Assembly: GCF_009914755.1 (NCBI RefSeq)
Contig: NC_060931.1
Length of the DNA: 64,000 nucleotides
DNA from: the human T2T-CHM13v2.0 reference genome, Homo sapiens
Reading direction: 5' to 3' (one strand)
The notes beneath the pieces are model-generated. The model saw nothing but the letters and a program-made list of their open reading frames with translations, was not told where the DNA came from and did no database searches. The translations under genes and the position numbers were made by a program. Each line of letters opens with the position of its first letter. The first letter of the stretch is position 1. Of the stretch, positions 54,064 to 64,000 are shown piece after piece.

Positions 54064-54527
54064 CATAAATTATTCAGTTTAAAAATGAACAGAAGACTTA
54101 AATAAACATTTTTCCCAAAGAAGACATACAAATGGCTAACAGGTATATGAAAAGGTGCAACTATCATTAATCATCAAGTAATGCAAATCAAAATCACAAT
54201 GGAATGTCACCTCCCATCTGTTAGAATGGCTATAAAAAAAAAAGAGTTAACTAATGTTTACAAGGATATGGAGAAAGGGAACCCTTTTACCTTGCCTGTG
54301 GGAAGGTAAATTGAAACAGCCATTATGGAAAACAGTATGGAGTTTCTTCAAAAAATTAAAATAGGATTCCGCTATATACTTCTGGATATCAAAAGGAAAC
54401 AAAGCCGGTAAATCAAAGTGATATCTGCACCCCCATGTTCATTGTAGCATTATCTACAACAGCCAAGATATGAAAACACTCTAAGTGTCCATCAACAGAT
54501 GAATGAATAAGGAAAATGTGGGATGCA

Positions 54528-54533
54528 TGTGTG

Positions 54534-54572
<39 letters not shown>

Positions 54573-54596
54573 AGAGAGAGGAGAGAAACAGAGAGA
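54528..54596. repeat. (TG)n(GA)n microsatellite
   Basis: Directly visible. Confidence 0.96.
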
Positions 54597-57214
54597 AATA
54601 GAATATTATCTGGCCATGAAAAAAGAAACCCTGCTATTTGTGACATGGATGAAGCTGAAGGACATTATGCTAAACAAAATAAGGCAAACACAGAAAGACA
54701 AATACTGTATGATCTCATATGTGAAGTCTAAAATAGTTGAAATCATAAAGAGTAGAATAGCGGTTGCCAGCAGCTAAAGAGATGGAGTGGTATGTTGGTT
54801 AAGGAGTACAAACTTTCTGTTATAAGATGAATAAGTTCTAGGGATCTAACGTACTGTGGTGACTATAGTTAATAGTACTGTATTGTATACTCGAAATTTG
54901 CTAAGAGAGTAGATCAAAAGTGTTTTCATCACAAAAATGGTAACTATGTGAAGTGACGACTATCGTGGTAATCATTTTACAATATGTATACAATATAGGT
55001 ATACATATATCAAATTATCACATTGTACCCATTAAATGTATATAATTTTGTCAATTAAAGCTCAATAAACCTGAAAAAGACAGACAAATACTAAATAAAT
55101 AAATTCAGCAATCTTTTTGGCACCTAATGACAAATTCTTTGCTGCCTTCATTGATTTATTTTATTGAAATACCTCAAAAGGTGAGAATTATTAAGGTAAT
55201 TATTAATCCTGTGGTCAGTAACTGAGAGCACTTTTCTTATGCTGCAATTAAATCCCTTATTCCCATTAATGACAGTGAAAAACATGGAATAGTAAGGTCA
55301 AATATTCTGAGAATATAACTTAAAAAGTAAAGTAATAGACAATTAGGTGTTTTTATAGAAGTAATGTTGAGAAATATATGGCAAAAATATCACATAAGTT
55401 ATCCTAATTTAGGTTAAAAAGCCATAAAACAAAACACAATGCCTATCAAGAATCATGTTCAGATAGGACAGAATTTATGACAAACACTACTTGCCTGGTT
55501 TTCAATACCTTAAATTTACCCAAATTCACAGGAAAATCTTCCTTAGAAAATCTTTTGTTAGTCACGGTGCAGCTCATATACCCAAATTTAGTTAGAAATG
55601 TCAGAAATGCTATGGCTGGTAATTACAGAGTGAATCTAAATCAAATAATAGCTTTTTAATCATTATAATGATCATAGTAATTTGAAAGGTGAACATAGCA
55701 AGAATGATGTTAACATAAAATTGTTGATATCAAAAACTGAAATTAATACTGGATCATTTCCATCATTAATCAGGAAATAAATCTATCTTGCAAGAGGATT
55801 TTCTGAGAGCAGCTAATAACTGCTATCACACTTTCCTGAATCCATAAACCAAATATAGATAGAAGAGTGACTGATATTAGGAGCCTGAAAGTGACAGCTC
55901 CCTCATGAATATAACTAAACCATGTGACCTCTATGGTATTAAGACTTGAAGTAAAATTATCCTATCATGAAATAATTCAGCAGTCAGCTTGATGAGTATG
56001 CTTCAGTGCAAAAGCCACAGATATCTGTGTCAAGCTGATTTTCTGCCATTATTTGCATGTTTAGAGGGTTACTTGAAAATAGAAAAAAAATGAATAATGA
56101 GTTTTGTATAAGTACATACAATCACAGCAAATACAATCACAGCAAATAATGTAAATATATACAATCACAGCAAATTAATAAGTGGGAATGGGGCTAAAAT
56201 ATGGCCTCTAAACCTTGAGTCACAATTGCTATTTGCATGCCCCAAATAACCATTTAGGTTTTATCATCATCTATCAAATACTTTCCAATGACAGTGACAT
56301 CTCTTATTCTTAGAAGACAGACACATAGGATACTATCCCAAAAGGGTGCATTTTTTGGACTTCCCAAATCACTAAACCAAAATTATTCCATTTACCATGA
56401 ATTTTAATCAATATGTTATTATTCCAAAAATAGATTTAAATGTATTCTTCATCTCATGCAGTGTTCATGATGGCTATTGCAAAACAAAAGGCAGCATCAT
56501 CCATGGCTTTTATCCTAGAACTCTGGAACTGCTATCAGGGTTGAATGGGAGACAGTTTAGCCAAAAATACTGAAATTTCAAATATTTATAGCCATTGACC
56601 CAATAGGTCTACCTCTAGTTATTTATTTAACAAATAGATGTACTCACATTAGTGTTTAAATACATACACATGCACACACACATAAACATTTATACATACA
56701 TATACACATACACATCTTTAAAATATGTATGTAAAAGATGTTAATTATAGCAATATTATAATAATAACAAAATGGAAACCACCAAAATGTTTACAAACTA
56801 ATGTTTCCATATTAATACAATGGAATACTATATAACCAAATAAAATGAATTGGGTAATTGTCCATAATATTCAGTTACACAAAATGCATAAATATGCAGA
56901 ATGTGTGGCATGATTCTAGCTGCATTTTGTATAAATATAAACCTTCATATATGAAAATTAGGAAAATTCATATTTTAAAAGCAAATTACATTAGAATAGA
57001 TGAAAGTGATCAATTGTGTAATGATTAGACAATGATTGATTTAATAATTGGACTAAATAGGTAATGACTAATTAGATTGATAATGATTAGATTCATTTTT
57101 GCTTGATTAGAGACTTTGGGGTCTGTTTTGTTGTTGTTGTTTTGCTTTTACCACAGAAAACTATACCTCAATGTGCACAAACCACGTTGTTTTGTCCAAC
57201 CATCATTTTTGAGT

Positions 57215-57375
57215 AATTTATTTATAACACATATCTCCAGTGTCTGCTAAGATGTAAGCTTCAGGAAGACACAAATAATTGTCTGTTTTGTTCAATGATG
57301 TACCTCAATCACCTAGAAAATAAATGCCACATGTATTATAAACCCTCAAAAATATATAGATGAGTGAATTAATGA
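57215..57375 (+). mobile_element. L2 3' end
   Basis: AGATGTAAGCTTCAGGAAGAC...TGTCTGTTTTGTTCAATGATGTACCTCAATCACCTAGAA. Confidence 0.7.
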
Positions 57376-57811
57376 AGGAACTTTATGGTTTTTTAAAATG
57401 AGCCTTGATATTTACCCTGTACTTGCATAGACATATAGCCATATAGGCCTTATACTTTTCTCTTGCTCCCAAAGGAAAAAAAAATTATATTTGATATATG
57501 AGGTTAAGATTTAACCAGCAGAAATAATCTCTGTTCCAGAATTTCCATTCACACATCACGAGGTATTTCTCTTATTTAGTCAGTGTGTGTGTAACTATTC
57601 GTGCTCCTCTAGGTATCACAGAGACCTAGAAACTACTTTATATGTGCCTGACTCAGGTTCTCAACCCTGAACTATCTCTCTTTCTCTCTCTCTACCCTCC
57701 TCTACTTCAATTACAACAGCAACATAGAAATTACAAAATTTTTAATGTAATTCACGTATGAACCAGCAATTCCACTCCCAGGTATATACTGAAGAGTAAC
57801 GAAAATATATA

Positions 57812-62613
<4,802 letters not shown>

Positions 62614-63055
62614 AAAATATATGTCCACACAAAAGTTTGTACATGAATGTTTATAGTGACATTATTCATAATAGCTGACAAATGGAAAGGACCAAAATAT
62701 CCATCAAGCATGAATAGATAAATAAAATGTGGTATAAACAATGGAATATTTGGCAATATGAAGAATGAAGATCTGAAACATCCCTCATTATGGACAAACC
62801 TTGATAACATTTATTCTACATGAAAGATGCCAGTCACAAAAGACCATATTGTATGATTCCATTTATATGGAATTTCCATAAGTAAATCTATAGAGACAGA
62901 AATTAGATTAGTAGCTGCCTCTGGCAGGCAGTAAGGATTCAGGTGAGAGGAGTGACTAACTGGCATGAGCTTTGTGGGGGTCGGGGGGAAGCTGACAAAC
63001 TTGTTTCAAAATTGATGGTAGTAATGGTTGCACGACTATGTGAATATACCAAACC
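62614..63055 (+). mobile_element. Old L1MB/MC-type 3' fragment (host of the L1PA; its left part is ~57745-57811)
   Basis: CCAGCAATTCCACTCCCAGGTATAT...AAAATATAT continues as AAAATATATGTCCACACAAAA...TGTATGATTCCATTTATATG. Confidence 0.8.
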
Positions 63056-63061
63056 AACCTG

Positions 63062-63545
<484 letters not shown>

Positions 63546-64000
63546 AGTAATTTTTAATAATCTAAAAATTGTAAAGAATTAACATACTCTTGAATACACC
63601 AAGGTACAAAATTCTACTTAAAAGGGTAGGAATAAAAATAAATATTTTTCTAACCAAATCATCTCAATTCAGAATGGTTATTTTCAAAGCTTTTCATTTG
63701 GTTGTTTTTATTAGCTAGTTGAATGTTGCATATTGCTAATATGTTTTTTCTCTCTTGTCTCTCTGAAAACAGGATGGAGTGATGACACCTTTGAATTTGT
63801 GCATCTATATGGGATACTGCTTTTAAGTGTCTCCAAGAGTGCCTCATGTCAGGAAATCCAATGCATGGTATGGCAACTAGCATGTTTTACTAAAATTTGT
63901 AGGCTGCTTAAGCTTGAGAGAGAAGAGACAATAAATCTGTTGAGTAAAAGACAGTGTAAAAGCGAAGGTATTTCTCATCTCATTGTTTCAAAACAATGAT

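Larger units (their letters stand above)
45690..55080 (+). mobile_element. Long L1MA9-like LINE-1 (5'UTR, ORF1 ~47440-48330, ORF2 from ~51355, 3'UTR) carrying nested insertions
   Basis: 5' CAAGATGGCAGAATAGG; ~135-bp 5'UTR subrepeats (CAGTCCTGCCTGCCCAG); ORF2 remnant 51642-51863 (KFLEIYNLPRLNHEEIENL); 3'UTR TTATAAGATGAATAAGTTCTAGGGATCT...GCTAAGAGAGTAGAT...CTCAATAAA. Joining the 5' and 3' parts into one element is an inference. Confidence 0.78.

Noticed and set aside
55984-56040. TGATGA...CTGA with short inverted repeats as a box C/D snoRNA
   Set aside because: The boxes are only ~45 nt apart, box C lacks the 5' purine and no proper terminal stem flanks them.

Overview
This is AT-rich, CpG-poor primate genomic DNA. 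It is most likely human or great ape, since it carries AluY, THE1 and L1PA elements. More than half of the window is degraded retroelements in three nested LINE-1 clusters (about 1-17.5 kb, 45.7-55.1 kb and 57.7-63.2 kb). Alus, MaLR/ERVL LTRs, MER1B, MIR/L2 relics and microsatellites make up much of the rest. No intact protein-coding gene, RNA gene or CRISPR array is supported; the ORF-track entries are broken L1/THE1/Alu frames or chance ORFs. I found no evidence for a new biological system. Three things merit follow-up: (1) a short island at about 18.32-18.49 kb that resembles the ancient conserved Eulor5 (Crypton-derived) repeat; (2) repeated templated-insertion and fold-back inversion scars, several with a donor visible 0.7-2.3 kb away in this window; (3) a few weak candidate non-coding exons. 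Subfamily names come from recalled consensus sequences and need RepeatMasker/Dfam confirmation.
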